The notes under the pieces are model-generated. The model did not search any database. It saw nothing but the letters and a program-made list of their open reading frames with translations, and had not been told where the DNA came from. Positions 12,755 through 24,624 of a stretch of DNA of 64,000 nucleotides are shown one piece after another. The DNA is from Eledone cirrhosa (taxonomy: Eukaryota), in the NCBI GenBank assembly GCA_964016885.1, contig OZ024745.1:15686001-15750000 (forward strand). The letters are read 5' to 3'. Numbering within the stretch: the first letter of the stretch is position 1; the number at the start of each line of letters is the position of its first letter. The translations under genes and the position numbers were made by a program.

Positions 12755-13020
12755 AGTAGAATCACTAGAGCGTCAGACAAAATGCACTGAAGCATTTGTT
12801 CAGGCTCTTTATGTTTTGAGTTCAAATCCTGCCACAGTCAACTTTGCCTTTCATTTTTCCAGGAATGAGCATCATAACATATGAGTCAAGTACTAAGGTT
12901 AATATAATCAATTCATTTCATCCTCACCTAAATCTATGGCCTTGGGTCTAAAGTACCAGTCAAGTACTATGGTTCATTTAATCAACTCACTTTATGGTCT
13001 TGTGCCTATGTTAGAAACAT
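12755..13020 (+). mobile_element. Degenerate tRNA-derived SINE
   Basis: gagttcaaatcc (B-box-like)..gtcaactttgcctttcat..ttgtgcctatgttagaaac, same family as 21336-21529. Confidence 0.65.
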
Positions 13021-13688
13021 TGTCAAGTTCCCTTGTTTTACCATACAACAATGAAAAATATTTTGAAGAAGTCAGAAGTAGAAGAATTCTGAGGCCGATG
13101 AAATAATAGTGAAAATGATGCTCAGAAGAGTTCAACACAGTCACCATACTAGACCCAATAAAATCAAACTTTATTGGAATTTGTGTCAGTGTTCCCCCAA
13201 GATGGGTCAAGCCTATTAAAACCTGACTGAACAGCATCATGAACTGGGGTGATGACATCCAACACAGACACGGTTAACCAGTCGTAATTCCAACAGAATT
13301 AATTAAAAATCATAGGTAGTGTATTTCATTGGAAATATGGGAACTGACATGAGAGCAGAAAATGTCATAGTATTTTCATATGAAAAGCAGTTGTGGTGGT
13401 GATAGTAGTAGTAGTATTAGTAGTAGTAAATTGTGGTGGTGGTGGTGGCAGCAGTGACAAGGATAGGAATCCCAGAGGGAGGCAAATAAACTATTTAGCT
13501 ATTTCTATAGAAAAAAGACAATTCCAGTAGAGAGGAGGGGGAAGAGGAAGGTGTAAAGATTACAGTGAGGATAAAGGATAGTTGCAGCTGCATTATAAAC
13601 ATGAGCATGGCCAAACCAAACCCAAAGCATTCCACCATTGCTGGTCAAATCAATGCAAACCAGTTTAAGATGAAGGTTTTTTAAGTAC

Positions 13689-13877
13689 CTGTTGCAGCCG
13701 ATGAACAGCCACCATTATTGCTTCCCCCCAGCGACGCCATTGTGGCTGCTGCTGCTGCTAATGCTGCTGCTGCAGCAGATTGAGCAGAGGAAGAGGTGGA
13801 GGAGGAGGTAGAAGGGGAGTAGGCAGAAGGACCAGTGTTATTCGTGGTTAGACTGCCGGCCAGGGCTGCCAGTACGC
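13689..13877 (-). CDS. CELF2: CELF1/2 divergent-domain exon (Ser/Ala-rich), possibly alternative
   Basis: GVLAALAGSLTTNNTGPSAYSPSTSSSTSSSAQSAAAAALAAAATMASLGGSNNGGCSSAAT; GC-rich island in AT-rich intron; acceptor gtaacctgcag, weaker donor CAG|gtactt; 189 nt, phase 1-1. Confidence 0.82.
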
Positions 13878-15547
13878 CTGCAGGTTACACCAGGACACAG
13901 AAAAACAAAGTGTCAGAATATCAAACAACAACAAAAACAACATCTAACAAGAATTATGAACACACAAAAAAACATTGAATAAAAAACAAAACAAAATAAA
14001 ATAAAATTAAATAATTTAAAATTGTAATTACTGTAGCAAATATAAGCAGCCAGTGTAAACAAACATTTCTATAATGAATCAATGGTTCCAGATAATTAGC
14101 AGTAATTCAGAGAGAAATCCTACAAAAGTGTCCCAGTTGGTCTTTCTTCAACCCTAAACCTAACAAGGAATTGATACTGGTTCTATCTAATGAAAATAAG
14201 TTTGAACACAAAAGCTTGTACACTAGGGAAAATAGTAGCTGGTAGTTGTGTCACCAGCAGTATGGTCAAGACAATGGAATTAGTGAGGTACTATATATTT
14301 TTCTAATATATGAGGTAATATTTTTTTTTTTTTCACCCTAAAATTTGTCAAAATATGTCTGTGGTTCTCTGAACTGAGGTCAAATAGATCAACACCTGTA
14401 CTGGCACTTATTTTGTTTTATTTAAAACAAGGATAGAATTTATATTGTGACAAATATAGTAAAAGGTTGGCAGAGTTGCTGTTATACAAAGTGAAGAACA
14501 AAGTTATAACCAATACAAATTTCACAGGTGTCAATAGTTTTCAACATTGACAAGAATATAATCTTTCAAGGTAACAGCTTAGAGAAAATAAACAACAGTA
14601 TAAACAGCAATAGAGCAAGATATCTATAATTATGTAGATGTAGTAAATTGTAAAGACAAAAGTAGCATGAAGTGAATTGGAATATGTACTAGCCAATAAT
14701 AATGAGACACCCATTGCCACTTCCCTGTCAAATTTGTTTTTTTAAATTAACGCCATAATTAAAATGTAATGTTAATGAGATGTTAACAGATTTAAAATTG
14801 TTTTAATGAAAGTCGCTAGTTATTTTGAAAATTATGACAAAATATGGAAATTCATGTGTAGTGAAGTAAACCTGAAGGAAAAATTTCAACACAATTTGTA
14901 CATAACCAAAATGGAACTAAATCTACACTAAAGAAAATCTACATACACCATATGGTGTGTATAACAGATCAAAAAATAGTGTTTCTCCATTTTACATACA
15001 TTTTTCTCCTACATTAATTAGCACCTAGCAAATCATTTATAGATACAATTCATTTTACAGTGGTATGCCATTATTGGTCTCCTTTAAGAAAGTGGTACAA
15101 GATAATAGCTGTAGAAAACTTTGAACAGTCAGTAGACCAGCTATTTATGACTCACAATAATCTCTAATATCCCACCATAATAACTGTAGCCTTGCAGTCA
15201 CAACTATATTCCATTCAAAAGAAGTCCTATGTATAAACTTAAAATATCACAAAGGAATGAGGGAAAACAAACTTCATTTATTTTACAATTTCTACAGTTT
15301 ATCAAAGTAAAATCCTGTCCTTTGACACTGGTCTGTTCAGTTAAGTAGCCACTCATAATGCCAACAAACTGGTTAGAATAATAATTGATTAAGAAGCTGC
15401 TTAAAACACCTAAAATAAGTGAATGGGAGGTTTGAGTTATAAACGAAAGCATGTGAAGAGCTACGTGCTAAATCAACAATATACAAATAAAACACTTGTT
15501 TGTGAATGTATGTATGTATGTGTGTGTATATATATATACACACACAC

Positions 15548-15580
<33 letters not shown>

Positions 15581-15644
15581 AAGGTTAAAACTGGACAATA
15601 GCAGGCAGAAAATAGTTATTTCTTTATATACAAACAAAGTTTAC

Positions 15645-15716
15645 CTGGATTATTGCCAGTTGCAGCAGCTGCAGCTGCAGCAGTCAATAACTGCTGGATA
15701 CCCATGGTGTTTAAAC
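15645..15716 (-). CDS. CELF2: CELF1/2 divergent-domain exon (poly-Ala)
   Basis: GLNTMGIQQLLTAAAAAAATGNNP; acceptor tcctgtttcag, donor CAG|gtaaac; 72 nt, phase 1-1, in frame with neighbours. Confidence 0.88.
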
Positions 15717-15769
15717 CTGAAACAGGATTGTACTTTTAATATATATGAATACTGGGCATCCAACATGTT

Positions 15770-15938
<169 letters not shown>

Positions 15939-15974
15939 GAGAAAATTACAAGATCAAATATTTTTTTCATGTAA

Positions 15975-16506
15975 AGGTATGTTTTAGGGGTTAGGGTATT
16001 CAGCTAATAATCCTAAGATTATGAGTACGATTCTCAGTGGTGTGTTGTGTCCTTGAGCAAGACACTTCACGCTGCTCCATTTCACTCAGCTGGCAAAAGG
16101 TGAGTTGCACTTGTAATTAAAAGGGGCCAGTCTTGTTATATTCTGCCAAACAATCTCCCTGAGAACTATGTTAAAAGTACCTGTGTCTGACATGCTCAAT
16201 CACTTTCATATTAATTTCATGAGCAGGCTGTTCCATTGATCATATCAAACGGAACACTTATCGTAACTGTCTGAGTACGAGTTATATATATTTAGTGGTC
16301 ATGTAGGAGACATAGCAAAAAGGCTCCCAGTCCACACTGAAAATGTGGTTGGAGTTAGGAAGAGCATCCAGCCGTAGAAAACCTGCCGGGTACAGTCCTA
16401 TACGAGTGAGGCATGGTCACCCGATCAATTTTGCCTCAAGTGGGACAATTCCCGTCTAACCCATGCTAGCGTGGAAGATAAGACATTAAACGATGGTGAT
16501 GATGAT
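15975..16506 (+). mobile_element. Adjacent degenerate SINEs, the second with a (GAT)n tail
   Basis: gtgttgtgtccttgagcaagacact matches the 32622 SINE body; gcatccagccgtagaaa..cccatgctagcgtggaa..taaacgatggtgatgatgat matches the tail family. Confidence 0.65.
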
Positions 16507-17097
16507 GTGCGTGTATGCATGTATATCTGAGGGTGTGTGTGTGTAAAGAGAGTGAGGGAGATAGGCAAAATCCTGACCACGGTGCCAAGCTTGAATGTTC
16601 GGCAAACCTTTTCTTCCCGTCTCAGCACCGCAGACTTTCTCTGTATGTGAGTGTGTGTGTGTGTGTGTGTAGAGAGAGAGAGAGGGAGAGAGAGAAGGAG
16701 AGGGGGGGGGGGTTCAAGAAGGGAAAATGTAAGTAATGGTGAGTACACTCGCAGAATCGTGAAAGTCAGACAAAAGATTAGCAGTATTTGTTCCAGCCCG
16801 TTATATTCTGATCTCTAATTGTGCACAACGGTCAACTTCGCCTTTCATCTTGTCTAAGCCGATAAAATAAAATAAAATAACAGTGTAGTGGTCAATATCA
16901 TTGACTTTCTCTTAATAAAATTATAAATTTTTATTTATTATAGAGTGAGAAAGTCTAATTGGAGCAGGATAGAAAAATAGGAGGGTATATATGTGATAGA
17001 AAATGGTAGGAGAGTGGCTAGTATTGAAGAGGTAGTAGAATAGAGAGGTCTGGCTTGTAGTAAACAATAAACTAAGTTTGTAAAATATAATACTCAC

Positions 17098-17182
17098 CAA
17101 CATTACTTAAATTACCATATCCTCCCCCCATGTTCCCACCTCCACCTCCACCACCACCACCAGCTGCTGCTTGTTGTAATAA
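17098..17182 (-). CDS. CELF2: CELF1/2 divergent-domain exon (poly-Gly)
   Basis: LLQQAAAGGGGGGGGGNMGGGYGNLSNV(G); continues PQYVS-LLQQ like vertebrate PQYLALLQQ; acceptor tttttctttccag, donor TTG|gtgagt; 85 nt, phase 0-1. Confidence 0.9.
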
Positions 17183-18045
17183 CTGGAAAGAAAAATAGGT
17201 TAACTGGGTAATTTTATGAACATAAAAGTTTTAAACTAAACATTTAAACTATTACAAATATTTTAATATCTTCAATTATATAGTAACTGGTAGCCACCAT
17301 ACATTTAATAATGTGTTAGGCACAGGCATGTGGAGGTGCATAACCTAGTGGTAAGGATATAGGACTTATAATGCCATGGGTTTCATTCATGGATTAGGTT
17401 GTGCTGGGTTCTTGGGTAAAACACTGTTTCATGTTGCCCCAGTATACTCAGCTGAAAATGAGTACCGGCAGTAGCTGGGGGGTGGGGGGTTTATCTCAGC
17501 AATGGACTTGTACTCTCAGTCACTTAACGCCAAGGAAACTGAGATAACCACTGACCTGGTGAGCTTCTGGGCTCATGGCAGCCTTTAGGCACAGGCATGG
17601 TCTATATGGTTCACTCAAACCTACATGGTTTCTGGTTCAATGCCACTATATAGCAGCTTAGGTGGATGCCTTCTAATATAGGCTTGAGCCAGCTAATGAC
17701 TTGTGAATGAAATTAGTGAACAGAGACAGCATAAAAGTCTGTCATATATATTACTAGCTGGCGCCCAGCTAGGTATACCGGCATTTTATCTTTTCAGGAA
17801 TCCCCCCTACACTCCAGTAAAGATACCCCCACGCCTTCTCAAGTCAGCGAGGCGGAGTGGGGGTGTTAACATGTTCTGATGTTGGGTTTGAATAGTTTTT
17901 AGGATTCCCCAGTTCAGCAGCCAGTACGTTAAAGAAAATTGATAGTTACAACAATAAAGGCTGAACAGAGAACAAATTTTTTAACAAACAATTTTCACAA
18001 CCATAATGGAAATTCCAAGTAACAGAAAATATTTAAATTACATTG

Positions 18046-18620
18046 TTAGAGCCTCAGAGTATACAATATTTTTTTGTTCGGCCCTCCGGAGCAAAGATGA
18101 AGAATGTTTGGCGAGCTCACCCGAGAGCATCCTACATACATGGGAGAATCACTGATCTCGTAGCTCGTCTCGTGGAGAAGCTCTGTAGATGACCTCTGGA
18201 CACTCCTGTCAGCAGCAGGTAAGCTGTAGTGACTTAGAGGCCAACCACCAATCTTCAGGACACTGTTTTCAAGATAAATGAGCACCTCATTGAAAACGAC
18301 ATTGTATGTTACGTTCGGATTGTGTCTGCGTGTGCGGTGGTGGATGTCCTCAGCTAGACTTTCGCGGTGGTTGTTCCACGTTGCGAGAGGGTCGGCGAGA
18401 TCGCAGTTGTGCAGCATAATAGCAAAAAGTTTTCGCAGCTGAGAAGCGACTTTAGTAGTTGCTGCTTCCTGCAGGGTGAGGTGCCAATGGCTGTCATCGT
18501 GTAATATACCATGCATCTGGCAAGCCAAATGGTAAGTGGAACATTGATGGCCATCGATGATTCTAAGATGTTGGAAAGACTGTGGTCCTCTAACCTCGAA
18601 CAGTAACAATGACGATAAGC
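18046..18620 (-). pseudogene. Helitron RepHel fragment (post-Rep linker fused to helicase C-terminus)
   Basis: LLLFEVRGPQSFQHLRIIDG..TYHLACQMHGILHDDSHW..LQEA..QLRKLFAIML is typical RepHel linker; MYVGCSRV resembles Pif1 motif VI (LYVAxSRV). Confidence 0.85.
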
Positions 18621-19025
18621 CGTCTGTGCTTTCATGAAATAAATAGGTTTTTGTTTTTGTGTATGCAAAAATATCTGTACACAAATATATATATTAAAAT
18701 AACGTTTAAGCAAAGAATCGCTGCTTTCACCCTTAACGGGATCTTGTGAAACTAAAAGAACGCAGAAGTAAATATTTCGAAAAACGTTATCTAATTCAGA
18801 CAGCCAGACATACAGACTAAGAAAAAGAGGAGAATGTGTGCGACATCATAAGAAAAAGTGAGGAATGACGTATAACTGGAATTGTTGACATTTGAAATTT
18901 TAAAGAAGTGAATATTTAAATAATGTCTTTAATCTTTTAACAAAATTCAGTATACACTTTTTTAATTGGAAAAAGTTACATCTATGGTGCAAATTTGGTC
19001 CAGCCGTTTGGTGGAAAGTTTGTTA

Positions 19026-19975
19026 CCTGCATTTTGGAAGGAAAAATCCAGCGTCCACATACTCCCTCCACAACACTGATATCAAAAAGTCCTCTTGTGA
19101 ACGTGACCTGGGCATTACTGTCAGCAACGATTTGCGTTGGACAAAGCATGTCTCTAAGATTGTCAAGAAGGCCGAGGGTGTCTTGGCATCACTCAGCAAG
19201 ACCTTTGTTAGCCGCTCTCCAGCCATCTATTTAAAACTGTATACAGCTATGGTGCGACCACACTTGGAATTCGCATCATCAGTCTGGAACCCCTATCTTG
19301 CTCAGAACATTGACCTCCTGGAAACTGTTCAGAGACGTGCAACCAAGCGCATACCCTCCATCAGACACCTACCATACTCTGAACGCCTTGCTTCCCTGGG
19401 CATGGATTCATTGAAGCTCCGACGTCTGGCAATGGACTTGGTGAATACCCACAAAGTTTTTAACCATCTCGCCAATTGCAACCCTGAGCGCCTCTTTGAT
19501 CTACATCTCTCAAACACACGTGGACATGCCTACAAGATCAGAAAACAGCACAGCTCCCATGACTTTCGTAGACATTTTTTCATGCTCAGAGTTGCTGAAG
19601 CATGGAACAAACTGCCTGCGTCAATTGTTAGCTGCCGAGACACTGCATCCTTTAAGACACTCATGCTTCCCGAAATACGCCAAAACTACACCTGATGTAC
19701 CCCTTCCATACACATGCACACCATGTGTGTATCATGACTCGTGCACTGTTCATTTTACTGATTTTTGTGCATTGCCCTATGTACTGTACATGCACTTTTT
19801 TGATGAGTTGTGGTGCACCTGGGCCTGTACACAATATTTCATTATTGTCATTATATCATGACTCATACACTGTTCATTTTCCTGACATTTGTACATTATT
19901 CTATGTACTATACATGCACCTTTGATGAGTTGTAGTGCACCTGAGCACTGTACACAATTTCATTATTATTATTTT
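19026..19975 (+). mobile_element. 5'-truncated CR1-group LINE (ORF2 C-terminus plus 3'UTR) nested in the Helitron
   Basis: ERDLGITV..LYTAMVRPHLEFASSVWNPY..LETVQRRATK..YSERL..TRGH..FF.LRV..WNKLP; ~124-bp tandem duplication in the 3'UTR; (ATT)n tail. Confidence 0.9.
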
Positions 19976-20226
19976 ATATTATACGGCCGTCAGCTTTATA
20001 GTATAGATGTCTATGTATGCTTAGCAAGCTATGAAGTTTATTTCTGTTTTGTGGCTTAATGAAGATCAACAGTATATAAGTACCACACTTAAAAATAAAA
20101 CGTGGGTTAACACCAAGAAAGCAATCCAGCTATAAAATACTGTCTCAAGGAGTTTCATCCCACCACAAGCCTTCACGGAAAGGTGGGTGTACAAATGATG
20201 AGGATGCTGTGATAATGATGACTTAC

Positions 20227-20364
20227 CGACACATACTGAGGGGCCAGTGGACCTAAACCTCCCAAAGACAAATTCCATAAATTAGCATTCATTTGTTGCA
20301 GTTTTTTAGCTTCTTTTTCCCTCTGAGTATCTGCAAACTTTACCACCAACGGTGAAGAACACCC
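20227..20364 (-). CDS. CELF2: CELF1/2 exon, end of RRM2 and start of divergent domain
   Basis: GCSSPLVVKFADTQREKEAKKLQQMNANLWNLSLGGLGPLAPQYVS; GCSSP.VVKFADTQ is CELF1/2-type (CELF3-6 have GASSSLVVKFAD); acceptor ttttgtttcag, donor TCG|gtaagt; 138 nt. Confidence 0.96.
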
Positions 20365-20708
20365 CTGAAACAAAATTTTAAAATGTACATTGTATTAAAT
20401 GCTGATGAGCTTTACAAATAAACAGTTTTACTAAATCAAATAAACCATTAACTATTGCATGATCATATTTCTAATGGGATATATTGCCAGTGTTTACAAT
20501 TATGTTTTTAAATAATTGAGAATTTGGTGAAATTCACTAACATAACATTCCATTATTAAGCTTGTGTTTAGAACATAATTTAACAAAGGTTCTTATTAAA
20601 AAATTATGCTGGCATGTTTCAATTTACATATAAGCATTTAAAACAATTGATATGTATAATATAAAGCCAATTATTTTAAAGTATTCACATTTAAATTTAA
20701 ACCGTTAA

Positions 20709-20918
20709 CCCTTTAGCATTTAAACTGGCCATATTCAGTCAACTCTTTCTGTTCAAACCAGCCATAACTGGTCACTTCTAGTAGTGTTAAGGTATTGCTC
20801 TCAAAATAAATAACATCAAAATCTCATAGATTCGATATTATGTGAAATAATTATGTAAGATAAACCCTTTACCACAAAAATACAATAGTATATATAGAGT
20901 AATGTAAATGCTAAAAGG
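20709..20918. mobile_element. piggyBac-type MITE
   Basis: TTAA|CCCTTTAGCATTTA ... TAAATGCTAAAAGG|TTAA: terminal inverted repeats and TTAA duplication. Confidence 0.85.
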
Positions 20919-21272
20919 TTAAACCCCTGTCCTTTATTTTTAAAAATATGGTAACAAAAAAAGGAATCCAGCATTCTGTATATCTAGGCACAGACATAGC
21001 AGCATGTAAAGTGGTTATTTTGGAAACACCGGGTTGAAAAACAAAAACATCACATGGAGAAAGACTTGCAACTGGCTATCTTACTGTTTTTTTTTTTTTT
21101 TTGTTAGTTGATTTAGAGAGTGGCTTTTGTGGCATACAAGCATTTGTCACTATAGAACTAAATATGTTGGTACTTAGTGGTTTGATGGACAGAAATTAAT
21201 AAAGTACCAGGCTAAAATAAGTATTGAGAGGGCCAGACCAAATGGCTAAAAGAAAAAGTCTTTATCCTTTAA

Positions 21273-22539
21273 CCCTTTAGCATTCGCATAATTTTCAAAT
21301 GTCATGCTTATCTGATCACATTATTTTGAGTTAATAATTTAGGGCGGTGGATTGGCAATATCGGTAGAGGGTCGGACGCCATGCATTGCAACAAAGAGTT
21401 ACGGCCCTTTATGCTCTAAGTTCAAATCCCGCCGAGGTTAACTTTGCTTTTCATCCTTACAAGGTTGATAAAATAAAGTACCAGTAATGCACTGGGATAT
21501 TTGTCGGCCTTGTGCCAAAAGTAGAAATAATTATTTTGAGTTAATCATACTCAAGAGGGTTATCAATTTTATTTGTTTGTAATTTTCTTAATTTTCTATG
21601 TGCAGGCTTGAAATTTTGTCAGTAGATGTTTAGATATCAACAATTTACAATTATATAATTTTACCTGATTTTTTTGGTTAAATTTGACCTTTATAGGCAG
21701 GTGAAATTAATTAATAGGAGCATTTGAAGTATCAACCAGGTGCAAATACTGGTTTAATTTTAAATACGTTTGTTTTCGGCATAATACTTGATATATAAGA
21801 ATCACTAAACCTTATATCAGTGCTCCAGTAATTCCAGTCTTCGAAATTGTTTTATACCGAACATAATTTTTACGGTAAAAAATGCTTGAATTTCCGCAGC
21901 ATCTGTCGGTCGCCAAACAGATCGGGTTTTCCTCTATTTGAAATCTGTTGTTGGGCATATCGATTAATCTCTTCTGCCACAACATCGAAGAAAGTTTGTG
22001 GTAAAAACAAAATGAAATAATTCAGTGCTTTAGCATCGGGAGGTAATGTGTGTTGTGGAACAGTATTTTGAATAAAATCATGTATTGGTGTGGTATTTTT
22101 CAACCACGTTGCTGTAATATTTTCAATGGCGTCCTGGAGATCTCCTTTGCTTTCACTTTCAAAACAACAATCGTCAGATAAAATTTCAGAAATATACATG
22201 TCTAATACATTTGAAAATAAATCACTAATAATATCTTTTGTTTCTTCATTTTGAATGTCGTCTTGTGTAAAACCTTCAGAGTCGGTATCGATACTTTCAT
22301 AAGCTATGTTGATACACTAAAAATCTGTTCTACTTTCAACGTTAAAAAAACATGTTTGTTGTTTTAAGTTGTTTTTCGCAGTAAGGGCCTAATCTCGCAG
22401 TAATCTCGAATTGACGAGATTTTGGTGGCGGTATTGTTTATTTTTAGAACAATATTTTAGTGTGAGTGTTATCGGCCGCTTTTGGGCCGTTTGAACAAAT
22501 GAAGGGGAAATAATTTCGGAGGGTTTGAACACTAACGGG
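21273..22539 (-). mobile_element. Deleted piggyBac transposon with transposase N-terminal remnant
   Basis: TTAA at both ends; TIRs CCCTTTAGCATTC / CCCGTTAGTGTTC (10/13); ORF 21870-22199 LNYFILFLPQTFFDVVAEEINRYAQQ resembles the piggyBac FF.LF....IV.ETN.YA motif. Confidence 0.8.
21336..21529 (+). mobile_element. tRNA-derived SINE with 16-bp target-site duplication
   Basis: ggcggtggattggca..agttcaaatcccgccgagg..ggccttgtgccaaaagtagaaa; flanked by ATTATTTTGAGTTAAT at 21320-21335 and 21530-21545. Confidence 0.88.
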
Positions 22540-22633
22540 TTAATACACTATCTAAAAAAAAAAATCAACGTATTGAGCTAGAATAAATATTTAGAAGAAA
22601 ACAAGATGAAAATGTAAAATAGCAGATACCAAC

Positions 22634-22713
22634 CTCCATTGTTTGTGAATGATGCATGTTTTTAATGGCATTCTGAGCACTCTGTCGGTTATTGAATGTA
22701 ACAAATGCACAAC
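22634..22713 (-). CDS. CELF2: CELF1/2 exon, RRM2 RNP1 region
   Basis: GCAFVTFNNRQSAQNAIKNMHHSQTME (RNP1 KGCAFVTF completed across the junction); acceptor tttttgtag, donor GAG|gttggt; 80 nt, phase 1-0. Confidence 0.96.
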
Positions 22714-24492
22714 CTACAAAAATGGAATGTAGTACATTTAAAAAACATGACATGAGATGAGATGTATAAAAAAAAAAAAATCTCTGAAATTCTACAAACT
22801 AATAACAAAAACAAATATCCAATAGGTTGACTATATCCCAAGTAAAGATTCCCTCTCTCTCTGGGTATAATCTGACCTTCAGAAACAGGATAATTTAGTG
22901 AAAGTAGTAGTGATGCCTCCAACATCAGCAAAGTTTTCAACAAAATCTGGTTTCCACTGATGAACTTTATCTTTTATATTTGTGACTTCCTCTCAAATCA
23001 CATAATTATGGTATACTGTAGGGCTGCTTGCTGAATCACAGAGTTTGATTTTGTCCCTCACTCTTCCTCCTATACATCAAGAATTTGGTTGCCATCACCT
23101 CTAACATCCATTCCTACACACAATGCCACCCTTCATCCCTAAACCCTGCTCTGAACATCAACAAAACAGGCTCAGTATAGAAAGACAGAACCTCAAAAGC
23201 TAGCCTCCCTCTTCAGTTCCAAACAATTACTAACTCCTAACCATTTTCAGGTGAATCCCACAAAAACATGTTCAAACTACTTGGTTTTATTTACTGGCTA
23301 ATGGATGTAAAATAATTTCTATTTTGAAACATTAATGATTAAATCCCTACTTAATATTTCGAATGAAGAAACCTTCAAACAGAATCAAAAATTCACAAAT
23401 ACTTCCACAATCATGAAGTAAAAATAACTAAAATAAAAAATCATTAATTGCAAAATATAACTTTTCTTTCTAACAAAGGTTCAAATAAAGTGCATTCTAA
23501 TCCAATCCAGAGCCTTCTCATTCCCTTTGGAAGAACCCTTCTCTTGTTGACCATCACTGCTTTGTTCAATTTTGGTCACGTCAGGGGTGTAGCCATACCC
23601 ACCAATTGTGGATTGGTGAAGTTATTTAATCCATAGTTAGGAGTTCATCGGCAAATAAAATATTCATCTAAAAATTGCAGTAGCTACACAAATTTATTTA
23701 ACACTTATTTCACTATATAAACCAACTCCTTTATAGAATTCCCCATCATTTAGGGTACTTTATACATTATGAGCAAGTCCTGTCTAGTACTTCAAGTTTC
23801 ACAGTAAAGTGCATAACCAAGCTCCTCTAATAAAACTTCATAAAATGAAACTAACTTTCACAACAGGAACAGCTGACTTCTGCAACAAGTGCAGCCAGCT
23901 TTCATCTTGCATGCAACTGGTTTTTACAAGTGCAGCTGTTTAATTATTCTCTACTCTTACATGTGCAGCTGTATTGGGTTTTACACATGCTGGATGCTCC
24001 TACAGTATTAGATAAGTTTGAAAACTAATACCCAATCAGCCTTTGGAGATAACAGAAGCCAAATATTTTGTTGCACTGCGGCATGGAAGTTCAGTGGAGG
24101 AGTTTGAATATTTGGGTGAATATTTTATTGTGGAACAGCACAAATATTTTCAGGACATGTATGAAACCTTGGAGATTGTTTCCGTTTTGAAAATGCTGAT
24201 ATAAAGTTTGTTGAAATCATTAAAATGTGTTAAGTAAGTATTAAGGAATGATGGATAACATAGCTTCTTGCACATCTAGACTTCCATTGGATAATGAGTA
24301 AGTCAGATGATAATTTGATTGTAGAAAAAAGCTATTGATGATAGGGATGCGGATTGAGTGTTGAGGTTTTCCATTAGAACTGGAATTTACTGTGTAGCTA
24401 TTACAGGATAAAACTTGTTTTAATTGTGGTCTTTTTTCACTTGACTTCTGAAGTGGAATAATGGCAGAAAACCTGATGAAAATGCTATTTAC

Positions 24493-24624
24493 CTTTACTT
24501 TGCCCACTTTGGTCTCTTAATACTGTACAATCCTCTATTGATCCGTAGTTAGAAAACAATATCCGTATATCACTTTCATTGTATTTCTTTGAGATCATAC
24601 CAACAAACAGCTTCCTTTCTTCAA
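24493..24624 (-). CDS. CELF2: CELF1/2-family RNA-binding protein, internal exon encoding first part of RRM2
   Basis: Manual translation (V)[43 protein letters not shown](G) contains RNP2 LFVGMI of CELF RRM2; acceptor ttcttttcttttgtttccag, donor AAG|gtaaat; 132 nt, phase 1-1. Single invertebrate co-ortholog of CELF1/CELF2. Confidence 0.96.

Larger units (their letters stand above)
17754..20007 (-). mobile_element. Non-autonomous Helitron with internally deleted RepHel remnant
   Basis: Minus strand begins A|TCTATACTATAAAG (20007) and ends in hairpin CTAGCTGGgcgCCAGCTAG|T (17754), inserted between A and T; shares internal blocks with 33427-34056. Confidence 0.85.
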
